Shown here: positions 13,003 through 25,615 of the stretch, piece by piece
Position numbering within the stretch: position 1 is the stretch's first letter
Layout of the letters: every line of letters starts with the position of its first letter
From: Scyliorhinus canicula
Taxonomy: Eukaryota
Length of the DNA stretch: 64,000 nucleotides
NCBI RefSeq assembly: GCF_902713615.1
Contig: NC_052163.1
Span: 84,555,721-84,619,720, forward strand
Reading direction: 5' to 3'
Position numbers and translations under genes: made by a program
Notes under the pieces: generated by a model
The model's database searches: none
Seen by the model: the letters and a program-made list of their open reading frames with translations, nothing else
Told to the model about the DNA's origin: nothing

Positions 13003-14316
13003 CCCCACCCCGGGGGGTTCTGACGCGTATAATTCACCACAAAAGTCCTTAAAGACTTTGTTTATTTTTGCTGGATTCCGCACCGTTCCCCCTCCTATCC
13101 CTAATTCCCCCAATCTCCCTAGCCGCCTCCCTCTTCCGCAGCTGATGTGCGAACATCCGGCTTGCCTTCTCCCCATACTCATATACTGCTCCTTGTAGCT
13201 TCCTCAACTGGGCCTCAGCCTTCCCCGTGGTTAGCAAGTCAAACTCCATCTGGAGGCTCTGGCGCTCCCTCAACAGCCCCTCCTCAGGGGATTCCACAAA
13301 TCTCCTATCCACCCTCAGTATCTCCCACACCAATCTCTCCCTTTCCATCCTCTCCCTCTTCTCCCCATGGGCCCTGATTGAAATTAACTCCCCCCTGACC
13401 ACCGCCTTCAGCGCCTCCCAGACCACACTCATCAACACCTCCCCATTATCATTGGCCTCCACATATCTTTGGATACACCCCCGGACCCGCCCACAGACCT
13501 CCTCGTCCGCCAGTAGTCCCACATCCATTCGCCACCACGGGCGCTGACCTCTCTCCTCCTCCATCTTCAGGTCCACCCAGTGTGGGGCATGGTCCGAGAT
13601 CGCAATGGCTGAGTACTCCACCCCCTCCACTCTCGGGATTAGCGCCCTGTTTACCACAAAAACAGTAGTAAGCCTTATGTACATGGGAGAATAAGGAAAA
13701 CTCCCTCGCCCTTGGCCTAGCAAATCTCCATGGATCCACTTCCCCCATCTGGTCCATAAACCCTCTCAGAACCTTAGCTGCTGCCGGTCTCTTACTCGAC
13801 CTCGATCTAGACCGATCCAGTGCCGGGTCCAGAACCGTATTGAAGCCCCCCCCCCCCCCCCATTATCAAACTACCTGCCTCCAGATCCGGAAGCCAACTC
13901 AACATCCGCTTCATGAACCCTGCATCGTACCAGTTTGGGGCATACACATTCACCAGCCCACCTGCAGCCTGCCACTCACCATAACATATCGGCCCCCTTT
14001 ATTCTCCACAATACCCATCGCCTGAAATGTCACCCGCTTACTCACCAGGATTGCGACCCCCCTGTTTTTCGCATCCAGCCCTGAGTGAAAAACCTGCCCC
14101 ACCCATCCCTTCCTCAGCCTAGTTTGGTCCGCGATCTTCAGGTGTGTTTCCTGTAGCATGGCTACGTCTGCCTTCAGCCCCTTTAAGTGCGAAAACACCC
14201 GGGCCCTCTTGACCGGCCAATTCAAGCCTCTCACGTTTCTCGTGATCAGACGGATCGGGGGGAGCTGCCGACCGTGCAACCTACCCAGGCATAGCCGCAA
14301 CCGGAAGTCTGCGGTC
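10225..14316 (-). mobile_element. L1/Tx1-clade LINE copy A: 5' leader fused directly to ORF2, ORF1 absent
   Basis: TSD GCCACAGTATT (10214-10224, 14317-14327); poly-A tail at left. EN (LITRNVRGLN..MLQETHL..RGVAIL), RT (QGCPLSPLLF, YADD), C-terminal Cys-rich motif (RCVRCSGSPANHAHMFWAC). Many frameshifts and poly-G runs. Confidence 0.93.
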
Positions 14317-17300
14317 GCCACAGTATTAATGTGTTTAGTCCAGTTCAGTTTCTGATCAATGGTAACCCCCAGGATGTTGATTGTGGAGGATTGAACGATG
14401 GTAACGCCATTGAATGACATTCTCCAGGTCTTGCTGCATTTGGACAAGCACTGCTTCATTATCCGAGGAATTGCGAATGGTGCTGAGCATTGTGCCGTCA
14501 TCCACAAACATTCCCACATTGTGATGGAAGGGAGGTCATTAATGAAACAGCTGAAGATGACTCCTTCCATCACTGATCAGGCGGTAATTTTCCACATTGC
14601 CGGGTAGAAGCCAGTGTTCTAGCTGTACTGGAACAGCTTGGCAAGAGGTGCAGCCAGTTCTGGAGCACAATTCTTCAGTACTGTTGCTGGGACATTGTCA
14701 GGGTCCATAGCCTTTGCACTATCTATGCCTTCAGCTGCTTCTTGATATCATGTGGAGTGAATTGTATTGGCTGAAGACAGACATCTGTGATGTTGGGGAC
14801 CACCAGAGAGACCGAGATGGATCATCCACTCGGCACTTCTGGCTGAAGTTTTTTGATAATTCCTCAGCCTTGTCTTTTGCACATGCGTGCTGGACTCCTC
14901 CATCATTGAGGATGGGGATATTTGTGGAGCCTCCTCCTCTGAGTTGTTTAACTGTCCACCACCACTTCTGGTGTGGATCATGGAGTAAGTGGTCACACAC
15001 AAGGCAGCTCCTGCCCAAGATTACAGAAAAGAGCTATTTTCTAATCAATACGGAGTGGAATTTTGATGAAAAGATGTAGGTGAATGTTGGAGGAGTAATT
15101 TCCCCCAGGAATGGTATGTCTCTTGGTTACCAGACCTGGCAGAAGCAGTGAAAGATTTGGCTGGAGCTGCAGCAAAGACAAAAGTCTCTTCCAGCATGCA
15201 GGCGAAGGAAGGGCAAGTTTAAAGGCCTCAAGCTGACTTGAGGGCCTTTATTAAAGCTGAATTCCAGCAGCAGAAGGAACAACTGTGAAAAGATCTCGCT
15301 AAGGCCATTGAAGAGGCGTTGACGAGACTTCCGATGGCGGCCATGGAGGAGTAGGTCGCGCACTCGGCAGCTGCCATCTGGAACGGACTCTCGGACCTTT
15401 TTCAGGAGTTTTCACGGGCGTTTTGGGGCAGATTGGTGAAGTGAACACTGCCAAAAGGATTCCCTCTCTGTTGTATGGATAGCTGGACCAGGAGTGGCCG
15501 GGTGAAGCGTTTAAGTTCCAACAGACGGAAGCGTGCGGAGCGGGCGCCGAGGCACGGCATGGCGGCCGGTATAGACCAGGATGCATGGGCGCATTGGGCA
15601 CAGGAGCAACAGGAGTTCCTTAGGGGCTGCTTTGCTGATCTTAAAAAGGACATGCTGGACCCGATGAAGGCATCAATAGACCAAATGAACCCAACTCAGG
15701 CGACACAAGGGACAGCGATTAAGGAGATGGAGAAAAAGCTATCCGACCATGAGGACGAGTTGGTCATATTGGCCCTTAAGGTGGAGGCGCAGGATGACCT
15801 CCACAAGAAGTGGCAGGAGAGGCTGGAGGACCCAGAAAACAGGTCAATGGAGACAAAGCATGAGAATTGTGGGCCTCCCCGAAGGTGTGGAGGGGTCGGA
15901 TGCGGGAGCATTTGTGTCCAATATGCTAGAGACGCTGATAAGGATGGGCGTATTCCCTCGACCTCTGGGGCTGGACGGGGCGCACAGAGCCCTTGCAAGG
16001 AAGCCCAAGGCGAATGAACCACCGAGGGCCATGGTGGTGAGGTTCAATCGCTTCTCGGGCAAGGAACTTGTCTTGCGGTGGGCAAAAAAAGAACGGAGCA
16101 GCAGGTGGGAGAACAGTGTGATACACATCTACCAGGACCTGGGTGTGGAGCTGGCCAAGAGGCGTGCTGGATTCTACCGGGTCAAAGCGACACTCTTCAG
16201 CAAAGGGGTGAAATTTGGGATGCTACACCCAGCGAGGCTAAGGATCAGTACAAGGAACAGCATCACTATTTTGAGATGCCGGACGAGGCGTAGTCATTCG
16301 TCAAACAAGAAAAGCTGGACTCGAATTAAAGGACAGTTGAGCTTTGGTGGAATGCAGCGGTGGGGCTGGGTAACACGGTACCATTTCTAATATAAGATTG
16401 TATACAATGTTGGGTGCGTGTAAGGGCTGTGGTGGTGGCTGGAGGGTGCAGTGTTTTTGGCAAAGTTGAGGTACGGAGGGGGGAGGGGGCCCTGTACTTA
16501 GTGCGATTTTTCGGGAAGTTGGAGCCTTGGTTCAACAAGTGTTTCCTCACGGGGCAATGTTAGTGTCTTCTGTTTATTTTTTGTTTCGTATTACTATTTA
16601 CTCACTGAGGCTGGAGAGGTAGTTTAATTGGTTTATTCATGTGGTGAGAGGGGCCCGGACACTGAGGTGACAGTCTGATCGCCGCCCGGGTCAGGAGCTG
16701 CGGGGTCAGCATGGGTCAGCTGACTCTCGGGAGTGTAGTGGGGGGTGAGCAAGTGCTCAGCTGGTGCTTGGCAAGGGATTTGGGTCGTGGGGCTGTTGGG
16801 GGGGGGGGGGGAGTGGAGGGGGGGATGCTGCTTTGCTGACAGAGGAGGTATCAATTTTGGCGTACCAATTGAGGGTCGGGGGCAGTGGCTCCCTGTGGGG
16901 GCGCTCGAGGAAGCGAAGGGCGCGGGCTCGAGGTTGGCCAAAAAAGGGCGATGGCTAGTCGGCGAGGGGGGTGTTAGCCCCCCATCCAGGCTGATCACGT
17001 GGAATGTGAGGAGTTTGAATGGGCTAGTCAAAAGAGCGCATCAAAAGGGGTTAAAGGCAGACGTAGCAATGCTTCAGGAGACACATTTAAAGCTCACAGA
17101 TCGCATGAGATTGAGAAAGGGATGGGTAGGCCAGGTGTTGGGGTGATGTGGAATTTATGAGACACATGCTGGGCAAAATCCTAGACTTAGAGTCACACAG
17201 CCTGATCATGGGGGGAGACTTTAACACAGTCATTGACCCCGTGCTGGACTGGTCGAAATCCAGGACAGGGAAGTGGCTAAGGAACTGAAGGGTTTTATGG

Positions 17301-18475
17301 AGCAGATGGGGGGATGGATCCCTGGAGGTTCGTGCGGCCGAGAGCGCAGGAGTTCTCTTTTTCCTCCCACGTTCATAAGGTTTATTCCCCGATAGACTTC
17401 TTTGACTTGAGCAGGGCATTAATCCCAAAGGTGGCGGGGACAGAATACTCAGCAATCACAGTCTCAGACCATGCCCCACACTGGGTGGACCTGCGGATTA
17501 GTGAGGAGAGAGGGCAGAGCCCACTCTGGAGACTGGATGTGGGGCGGCTGGCGGACGAAGAGGTTTGCGGGCAGATTAGCAGGAACATCCAGGATTACCT
17601 GGAAACAAACGATACGGGTGAGGTAGCAGCGGCAACGGTCTGGGAGGCTCTGAAGGCAGTTGTTAGAGGGGAACTCATCTCAATTCAATCCCATAGGGAA
17701 ACGAGAGAAAGAGCGGAGAGGGAGAGACTGGTGGAGGAGATACTCCGAATGGACAGGAGATACGCTGAGGCCCCCGAGGCGGGGCTACTGAGGGAGCGGC
17801 GGAGACTGCAGGCGGAGTTTGAACTGCTGACCACAGGGAAAGCGGTAACACAGCTGAGGAAGGCAAGGGGGGCAGTCTATGAGCATGGGGAGAAAGCGAG
17901 TAGAATGCTGGCACACCAACTGCGAAAGAGGGAGGCGGCCAGGGACATCGGGGGAGTAAAGAATAAGGAGGGTAACACAATCTTGGATCCGGGGGGGGTT
18001 AACGGAGTCTTTAAGGAGTTCTATAGTAAGCTATACGAATCGGAGCCCCCGACGGGAGCGGAAGGGATGAGGCAATTTTTGGACCAGCTGAGGTTTCCAA
18101 AGGTGGAAGAGGACCTGGTGGAGGGGCTGGGGGCCCCGATTGAATTGGAGGAGATTGTCAAGGGTATAGAGGGCATGCAATCGGGTAAAGCCCTGGGGCC
18201 GGACGGTTACCAGATAGAATCCTGTAAGAAATTTTTGGAAATATTGAGCCCAGTCCTGATGAGGACCTTCAATGAGGCTAGAGAGAAAGGAACCCTCCCC
18301 CCAACAATGTCACAGGCTTTGATCTCACTCATTCTTAAACGAGGGAAGGACCCAGAACATTGCGGGTCATACAGGCCAATTTCGCTATTAAACGTGGATG
18401 CCAAATTGCTAGCTAAGATTCTGGCCACATGAATTGAGGATTGCGTCCCAAGGGTGATAGAGGAAGACCAGACTG

Positions 18476-18515
18476 GAGCTTTGACAAAGAGTCATCGGAC
18501 TCGAAACATTAGCTC
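18476..18515 (+). ncRNA. Minimal type-I hammerhead ribozyme-like fold (U3:A8 variant; stem III mutated in this copy)
   Basis: GAGCU [UUGACAA] A GAGUC-AUCG-GACUC GAAA C AUU AGCUC: stem I 5 bp, stem II 5 bp, GAAA box, core with C3U and G8A. Confidence 0.65.
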
Positions 18516-18578
18516 TTTTCTCTCCCTACAGATGCTGCCAGACTTGCTGAGATTTTCCAACATTTTCTCTGTTGTCGT
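18477..18578 (+). mobile_element. Short Penelope-type terminal repeat insertion carrying a hammerhead-like motif
   Basis: 102-bp insert inside L1-B RT flanked by 13-bp TSD AAGACCAGACTGG (18464-18476, 18579-18591). Confidence 0.8.
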
Positions 18579-21500
18579 AAGACCAGACTGGGTTTGTTAA
18601 AGGCAGACAACTCAATACCAATGTCCGGAGACTTTTGAATATTATTATGATGCCCTCAGAGGGAGGGGAGGTGGAGGTGGTAACAGCGATGGACGCAGAG
18701 AAAGCTTTTGACTGGATAGAGTGGGAGTACCTGTGGGAAACGCTGGGGAGGTTTGGGTTTGGTGAGGGCTTTATTGGTTGGGTGAAATTGGTGTACCAGG
18801 CACCTGTAGCAAGTGTAAGTACAAACCGGCTGAGGTCGGGGTACATCGAGCTTCACTGGGGAATGAGGCAGGGGTGTCAACTCTCCCCGTTACTATTTGC
18901 CCTAGCTATAGAACCACTAGCTATGGCGCTGAGAGCCTCAAAGAACTGGCGGGAACTGCTTCGGTGGGGGGGGGTGGAACATCGGGTCTCGCTGTATGCG
19001 GATGATTTGCTCCTGTGGAGGGGATGGGGGAGGTTCTGCGGATCCTGAGGGATTTTGGTAGTTTTTCATGGTACAAACTGAACATGGGAGAGAGCGAGTT
19101 GTTTGTGATCCAGGCCAAGGGGCAGGAGGAGAGACTGAAAGAGCTGCCGCTCAGGATGGTAGAGAAACATTTTCATTACCTGGGTATACAGGTGGCCAGG
19201 AAATGGGATGCCCTGCACAGGCTCAACCTGACCCGGTTGGTGGAGCAAATGGAAGGGGACTTTAAAAGGTGGGACATGCTCCCGCTGTCACTGGCAGGGA
19301 GGGTGCAGACCGTGAAAATGACTGTCCTCCCCAGATTTTTGTTTGTCTTTCTGTGCCTCTCCATCTTCACCCCTAAGGCCTTTTTAAAGTGGGTAGGATC
19401 ATTACGGGCTTTGTGTGGGCGATTAAGAACCTGTGAGTAAGGAGATCGCTGTTGGAGCGCAATGGCGGGGGGGGGGGGGGGGGGGGGGGGGGGAAGGTGG
19501 GCGGGTTGGGTTGGCGCTACCGAACGTTCGCAACTACTACTGGGCGGCCAATATAGCTATGATTAGGAAGTGGGCGATGGGGGGGGGGGTTGCGGCGTCA
19601 TGTAAAGGTACTGGTCTGGGAGTTTTGATAACTGCTCCTTTGCTGTTCTCGCTGACCCGTTACTCCACAGGTCCAATGGTGGTGGCGACACTGCGGATCT
19701 GGGGACAGTGGAGGGGGTACAAGAGGGTGGAGGGAGCGTCGGTCTGGACCCCGATATGCAACAACCACAGGTTTGTCCTGGGTAGGATGGATGGTGGGTT
19801 CCAGAGCTGGCAGAGGGCAGGCTTCAGAAGGATGGGAGATCCGTTCATAAATGGAAGCTTTCCCAGTTTGAATGCGCTAGAGGACAAATTTAATCTGCCA
19901 CCAGGAAACACCTTTAAATATCTGCAAGTACGAGCCTTCCTGAAAAAACAGGTAGTGGCCTTTCCCACGCTGCCGCCACTGATGATACAGGACAGGGTGG
20001 TCTCCGGCAACTGGGTGGGGGAGGGGAAGGTGTCGGATATCTACCAGGAACTACAGGAAGCAGAGGAAACCCCAGTGGAGGAGCTCAATGGCAAGTGGGA
20101 GGAGGAGCTAGGTGAGGAGTTGGAAGCGGGTTTGTGGGCAGAGGTACTGGGAAGGATTAATTCCTCCTCATCATGCGCCAGGCACCGTCTAATTCAATTT
20201 AAGGTGGTCCACCAGGCACACATGAAGGCAGTGAGAATGAGCAAGTTTTTTGTGATAGAAGACAGTTGTATGAGGTGCAAGGGCAGCCCTGCAAACCATG
20301 TCCACATGTTTTGGGCATGCCCAGAGCTTAGAGAGTTCATGCAAGGGTTCGCGAGGGCAATGTCCAAGGTGCTTAACACATGGGTGGTGCCAAGTCCAGA
20401 GATAGCGATCTTATGAGTGTCAGTAGACCCGGGAGTTTAGGGGGTGAAAGAGGTCGACGTCTTGGCCTTTGCCTCCCTAGTTGCCCGGAGACGGATTTTA
20501 TTAATGTGGAGGGACTCGAAGCCCCCGAGTGTAGAGACTTGGGTTACCGACATGGCTGGGTTTCTCAGGCTCGAGAAAATAAATTTTGCCTCAAGAGGGT
20601 CTACGCTAGGGTTCTCTCAGAGGTGGCAGCCATTCGTCAACTTTCTAGGGGAAAATGAAAATGTCAGCAGCAGCAGCAATCGTAGAGGAGGCGGTGGGGG
20701 GGAGGGGGGGGAGGGGGGAGGGGGGGAGGGCTTCCTTGGGATGGTGTGGGAAGACTGGGTCGCGTGGGGTAATGTCTATTTAATTGTTATTGTATATTCT
20801 CTTTTTACACTATGTTAATATTCACTCTAGTTTGTTTTGTTATTATTGTTACTACTGTTTTATTATGAAAAATTCTGCAAAACCGTAATAAAAATACTTT
20901 ATTAAAAAAACCTGTCCACCACCATTCATGGCAGGATGTGGCAGGCCTATAGAGCTTAGATCTGATGCGTTTTTTTTGCAATCGCTTAGCTGTCTGTTAC
21001 TTGCTGCTTATGCTATTTGGCACACAAGTAGTGTTGTGGTAATTGGCTGGGTTGGATTTCTCCTGTTTCTTGTATAGAAGTCACAACTGGGAAATTTTCC
21101 ACCTTGCCAAGTAGATGCCAGTGTTGTAGCTGTAAGAGAACAGCTTGGCTAGGGGTGTGCCAGGTTGTGGAGCACAATGTTTCAGGACTATTGCTGGAAT
21201 ATTGCCAGGGCCCATCGCCTTTGTAGTAATCAGTGCCTTCAGCCATATTTTGATATCCGTGGAGTGGATCGAACATTGTGATGCTGGGGACCTCTGGAGG
21301 AGACCAAGATGAATCAACCACTCAGCACTTCTGGCTGAAGATTAGCGAATGCCTCAGCCTTGTCTTTTGCATAGATGTGCTGGGCTCTTCTGTCATTGAG
21401 GATGGGGATATTTGTGAAGCCTCCCCTTCTCGTGATTTGTTTAATTGCCGACCACCATTCACAGTTGGATGTGGTCGGCCTGCAGAGTTTAGATTTGATG

Positions 21501-22825
21501 CATTGACCGGAGAATCTCTTAGCTCTTTCTATTACTTGCTGCTTATGCTATTTGGCACACAAGTAGTCCTGTGTTATAGTGTCACCAGGTTGACACATCA
21601 TTTTTGGTTTGCCAGATGTTGCTCCTGGCATGCTCTCCTGCACTCTTCATGTACCAGGGTTGATCCCCTGGCTTGGTGGTAATGGTAGAGTGGGGGAATA
21701 TGCTGGGCCATGAGGTTACAGATTGTGGCTGAGTACAATTCTGCTGCTGCTGATGGCCCCCAATGCCTCAGGGTTGCCCAGTCTTGAGTTCTAGATCTGT
21801 CGAAGCCTGTTCCATTTAGCAGAGTGGTAGTGCCACACAACATGATGGAGGGTATCCTCAATGTGAAGAGAGGACTTTGTCTCCACAAAGACTGTGCGGT
21901 GGTCACTTCTACAGATACAATCATGGACAGATGCATCTGCAGCAGTCAGATTGGTGAGGATGAGGTCAAATATGTTTTTCTCTCTCTTGTTGGGTCCCTC
22001 ACCACCTGCTGCAGTTCCAGTCTAGCAGCTATGTCTTTTAGCACCCGGCCAGCTTGGACTGTGGTACGACGACCGAGCCACTCTTAGTGATGGACATTGA
22101 AGTCCCCTACCCAGTATATTCTGTGCCCTAGCCATTCTCAGTGTTTCCTCAAAGTGGTGTTCAACATGGAAGAGTACTGTTTCATCAGCTGATAGTGGAT
22201 GGTACGTGGTAACCAGCAGGGGGTTTCCTTGCCCATGTTTAACCTGAAGCCATGAGAGTTCATGGGATCCAGACTAGATGTGCAGTACTCCGAGGGCAAC
22301 TTATTACCCACTCTATCACCACCTCTGCTGGGTCTATCTTGCTGGTGAGACAGGATATACCAAGAAACAGTGCTAGTTGTGTCTGGGACATTGTCTGTAA
22401 GGTATGATTCTGTGAGTATGACTATGTCAGGCTGTTGCTTGACTAGTCTATGAGACAGCTCTCCCAACTTTGACACAAGACACAGCAGAGGTGGCAGAAG
22501 AGGATTCTTGGAGAAGTCAACGCACTCACCTCGACTGTACTGTGGGTAGCCAAAGAGCCCCTTCATGGCAACGTGGCTGTTTCTGCTGCACAGGAGGATA
22601 GGGAAAAGAGTGGCAGAGCTATAGTGATAGGTGACTCAATGGTATGGGGAATACTCTCGCATTTCTGCGGACGCAAACGGGACTCCAGGTTGGTATGTTG
22701 CTTCCCTGGTACAAGGGTCAAGGATGTCTCGGAGCGGCTGCAGGGCATTCTGGAGGGAGAGAGGAAGCAGCCAGCTGTCGTGGTGCATATAGGCACCAAC
22801 GATATAGATAAAAAACTTGACAAGA

Positions 22826-23045
22826 GGGCAGCACGGTGGCGCAGCGGTTAGCATTGCCGCCTCATGGCGCAGAGGTCCCAGGTTCGAACACGGCTCTGGG
22901 TCACTGTCCATTTGGAGTTTGCACATTCTCCCAGTGATTGCATGGGTTTCGCCCCCACAACCCAAAGATGTGCGGGGTAGGTGGATTGGCCACACTAAAT
23001 TATCCCTTAATTGGAAAAAATGAATTGAATACTCTAAATTTATAA
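22826..23045 (+). mobile_element. V-SINE, short subfamily
   Basis: Colinear with 6175-6401. Confidence 0.88.
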
Positions 23046-23596
23046 CAAAAAAAAGCAAAAAGCGTGATGAGCTCCTACAAGCTACAATTTGGGAGTTAAA
23101 CTAAAAAGTGGGACCTCAAAAGTGGCAATCTCAGGATTGCTACCAGTGACACTTGCTAGTCATAGTAGGAATTTCAGCATAGATAAGATGAATACATGGC
23201 TTGAGAGATGGTGAAAGAGGAAGGGATTCAAATTCCTGGGACATTGGAACCGGTTCTTGGGGAGGTGGGACTAGTACAAACTGGATGGTCTGCACCTGGG
23301 CAGGACTGGAACCAATGTTCCAGGGGGGTGTTTGCTAGTGCTGTTGGGGAGGGTTTATACTAAAGTGGCAGGGGGATGGGAACTGATGCAGGAAGTCAGA
23401 GATGGGGGCAGAAACAAAGGGCACTAAAAGGAAAAGTGAAAGGCAGAGAAACCAAAGTCAAAAATCATACAGGGCCACGGTACAGAGTACAGAGACTGTA
23501 AAGAACTCAGTGAATGAGTTCAGTAAAAATAAAACACAGGGAGAGTGCACAAAACCTGACCGGACAGATGGTCTGAGAAAGCAGGGCAGAAAGTAG

Positions 23597-23947
23597 GGGC
23601 AGCACGGTAGCATGGTGGTTAGCATAAATGCTTCAAAGCTCCAGGGTCCCAGGTTCGATTCCCAGCTGGGTCACTGTCTGTGCGGAGTCTGCACGTCCTC
23701 CCCGTGTGTGCGTGGGTTTCCTCCGGGTGCTCCGGTTTCCTCCCACTGTCCAAAGATGTGCGGGTTAGGTGGATTGGCCATGCTAAATTGCCCGTAGTGT
23801 CCTAAAAAGTAAGGTTCGGGGGAGGGGGTTGTTGGGTTACGGGTATAGGGTGGATACGTGGGTTTGAGTAGGGTGATCATTGCTCGGCACAACATCGAGG
23901 GCCGAAGGGCCTGTTCTGTGCTGTACTGTTCTATGTTCTATGTTCTA
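23597..23947 (+). mobile_element. V-SINE, HE1-like long subfamily
   Basis: Near-identical to 5434-5793; (TTCTATG)n tail. Confidence 0.92.
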
Positions 23948-25615
23948 AATCAAGGGAAGTTGAGATTAAACTGCATTTATTTCAATGCAAGAGGCCTGAC
24001 TGGTAAGGCAGATGAACTCAGGGTATGGATGGGTACATGGGACTGGGATATTGTAGCTATTACTGAAAAATGACTAAGGAAGGGGCTGAACTGGCAGCTC
24101 AATGTTCCAGGGTACAGATGCAATAGGAAATATAGAACAGGAGGTATGAGAGAAGGGGGAGTTGTGTTTTTGATGAGGGAGAATATCACGGCAGTACCGA
24201 GAGGGGATATATCTGAGGTTTCGCCCACTGAGTCTATATGGGTAGAACTGAAAAATAAGAAGGGAGAGATCACTTTGATAGGATTGTACTACGGCCCCTC
24301 AAATAGTCAGTGGGAAATTGAGGAGCAAATATGGAAGGAGATTACAGGTAACTGGAAGAAAAATAGGGTGGTAATAGTTTGGGACTTTAACTTTCCCAAC
24401 ATTGACTGGGACAGCCACAGCATTTGGGGCTTGGATGGAGAGAAATTTGTTGAGTGTATTCAGGAGAAATTTCTCGTTCAGTATGTGGATGGCCCAACTA
24501 GAGAGGGGGCAAAACTTGACCTCCTGCGGCAAGTTACTCACCTCCTGACTCCCCAAAGCCTGTCCAGCATCTACAAGGCACAAGTTAGGAGTGCAATGAT
24601 ATACACTCCACTTGCCTGGATGAGTGCAGCTCCAACAACACTCATCCAGTCAAAAGGGCAGGTGACAGAAGTGTTAGTGAGGGATCACTTTGGGAGCATT
24701 GACCATAATTCCATTAATTTAAGGTAGCTATGGAGTATGATAGTTCTTGCCCAAAAGTTAAAATTCTAAATTGGGGTAGGGCCAATTTTGATGGTATTAG
24801 ATAAGAACTTTCAAAAGTTGATTGGGGGAGTCTGTTGTCAGGCAAAAGGGACGGCTGGTAAGTGGGAGGCTTTCAAAAGTGTGTTAACCAGGGTTCAGGG
24901 GAAGCACATTCCTTTTAGAGTGAAGGGCAAGGCTGGTAGAAGTAGGGAACCCTGGATAACCCAGGATATTGAGGCCATAGTCAAAAAAAAGGAGGCAGCT
25001 GGGATCAAGTGGATCCCTTGAAGAGTATAGAGGTTGTCGGAGTTGAGTTAAGAGAGATATCAGGAGGGCAAAAAGGGGACATGAGATTGCTTTGGCAGAT
25101 AAGGCAAAGGAGAATCCAAAGAGCTTCTAAAAATACATAAACGGCAAAAGAGTAACGAGGGAGAGATTAGGGCCTCTTAAGGACCTATAAGGTCATCTAT
25201 GTGCGGATCCAGAACTGATGGGTGAGATCCTAAATTAATGTTTCTCATCGGTATTTAATATTGAGAAAGGCACGGATATTAGAGAACTTGGGGAATAAAT
25301 AGTGATGTCTTGAGGAATGTACATATTACAGAGAAGGAGGTGCTGGAAGTCTTGAAGCTCATTTAGTTAGGTACATCCTCGGGACCTGACAAAATGTATT
25401 TCAGGACATTGTGGGAGGCTAGGGAGGAAATTGAGGGTCCCTTAGCAGCGATATTTGAATTATTGACAGCTACAGGTGAGGTGCCTGAAGATTAGAGGGT
25501 AGCAAATGTTGTGCCTTTGTTTAAGAAGGGCTGTAGGGAAAAGCCTGGGAACTACAGATCGGTGAGCCTTACGTCTGTGGTGGGTAGGTTGTTAGAAGGT
25601 ATTCTGAGAGACAGG

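Larger units (their letters stand above)
14965..20911 (+). mobile_element. L1/Tx1-clade LINE copy B, full length with a second upstream L1 5' segment
   Basis: TSD CTGTCCACCACCA (14952-14964, 20912-20924). ORF1 ~15555-16320 (IVGLPEGVEG, AHRALARKP, IYQDLGVELAKRRAGF); ORF2 ~16930-20660 (EN, RT with YADD, CCHC-like end), disrupted. A-rich tail. Confidence 0.93.
9300..22495 (-). mobile_element. CR1-group LINE (fragmented ORF2, EN to 3' end), interrupted by two L1 insertions
   Basis: Pieces at 9300-10224, 14317-14964 and 20912-22495 join across the two L1 TSDs. EN N-term QPDIVILTESYL..DRPSRGG near 22300-22480; C-term MATRAGQRLGIRRR near 10200. Confidence 0.75.

Noticed and set aside
10375-13198. 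ORFs with poly-Pro or poly-Gly stretches
   Set aside because: Translations of C/G homopolymer runs within a decayed L1.
13950-14573. 207-aa ORF resembling an RT-to-endonuclease fusion
   Set aside because: Chance in-frame read-through across the CR1-group/L1-A insertion junction (TSD at 14317-14327).
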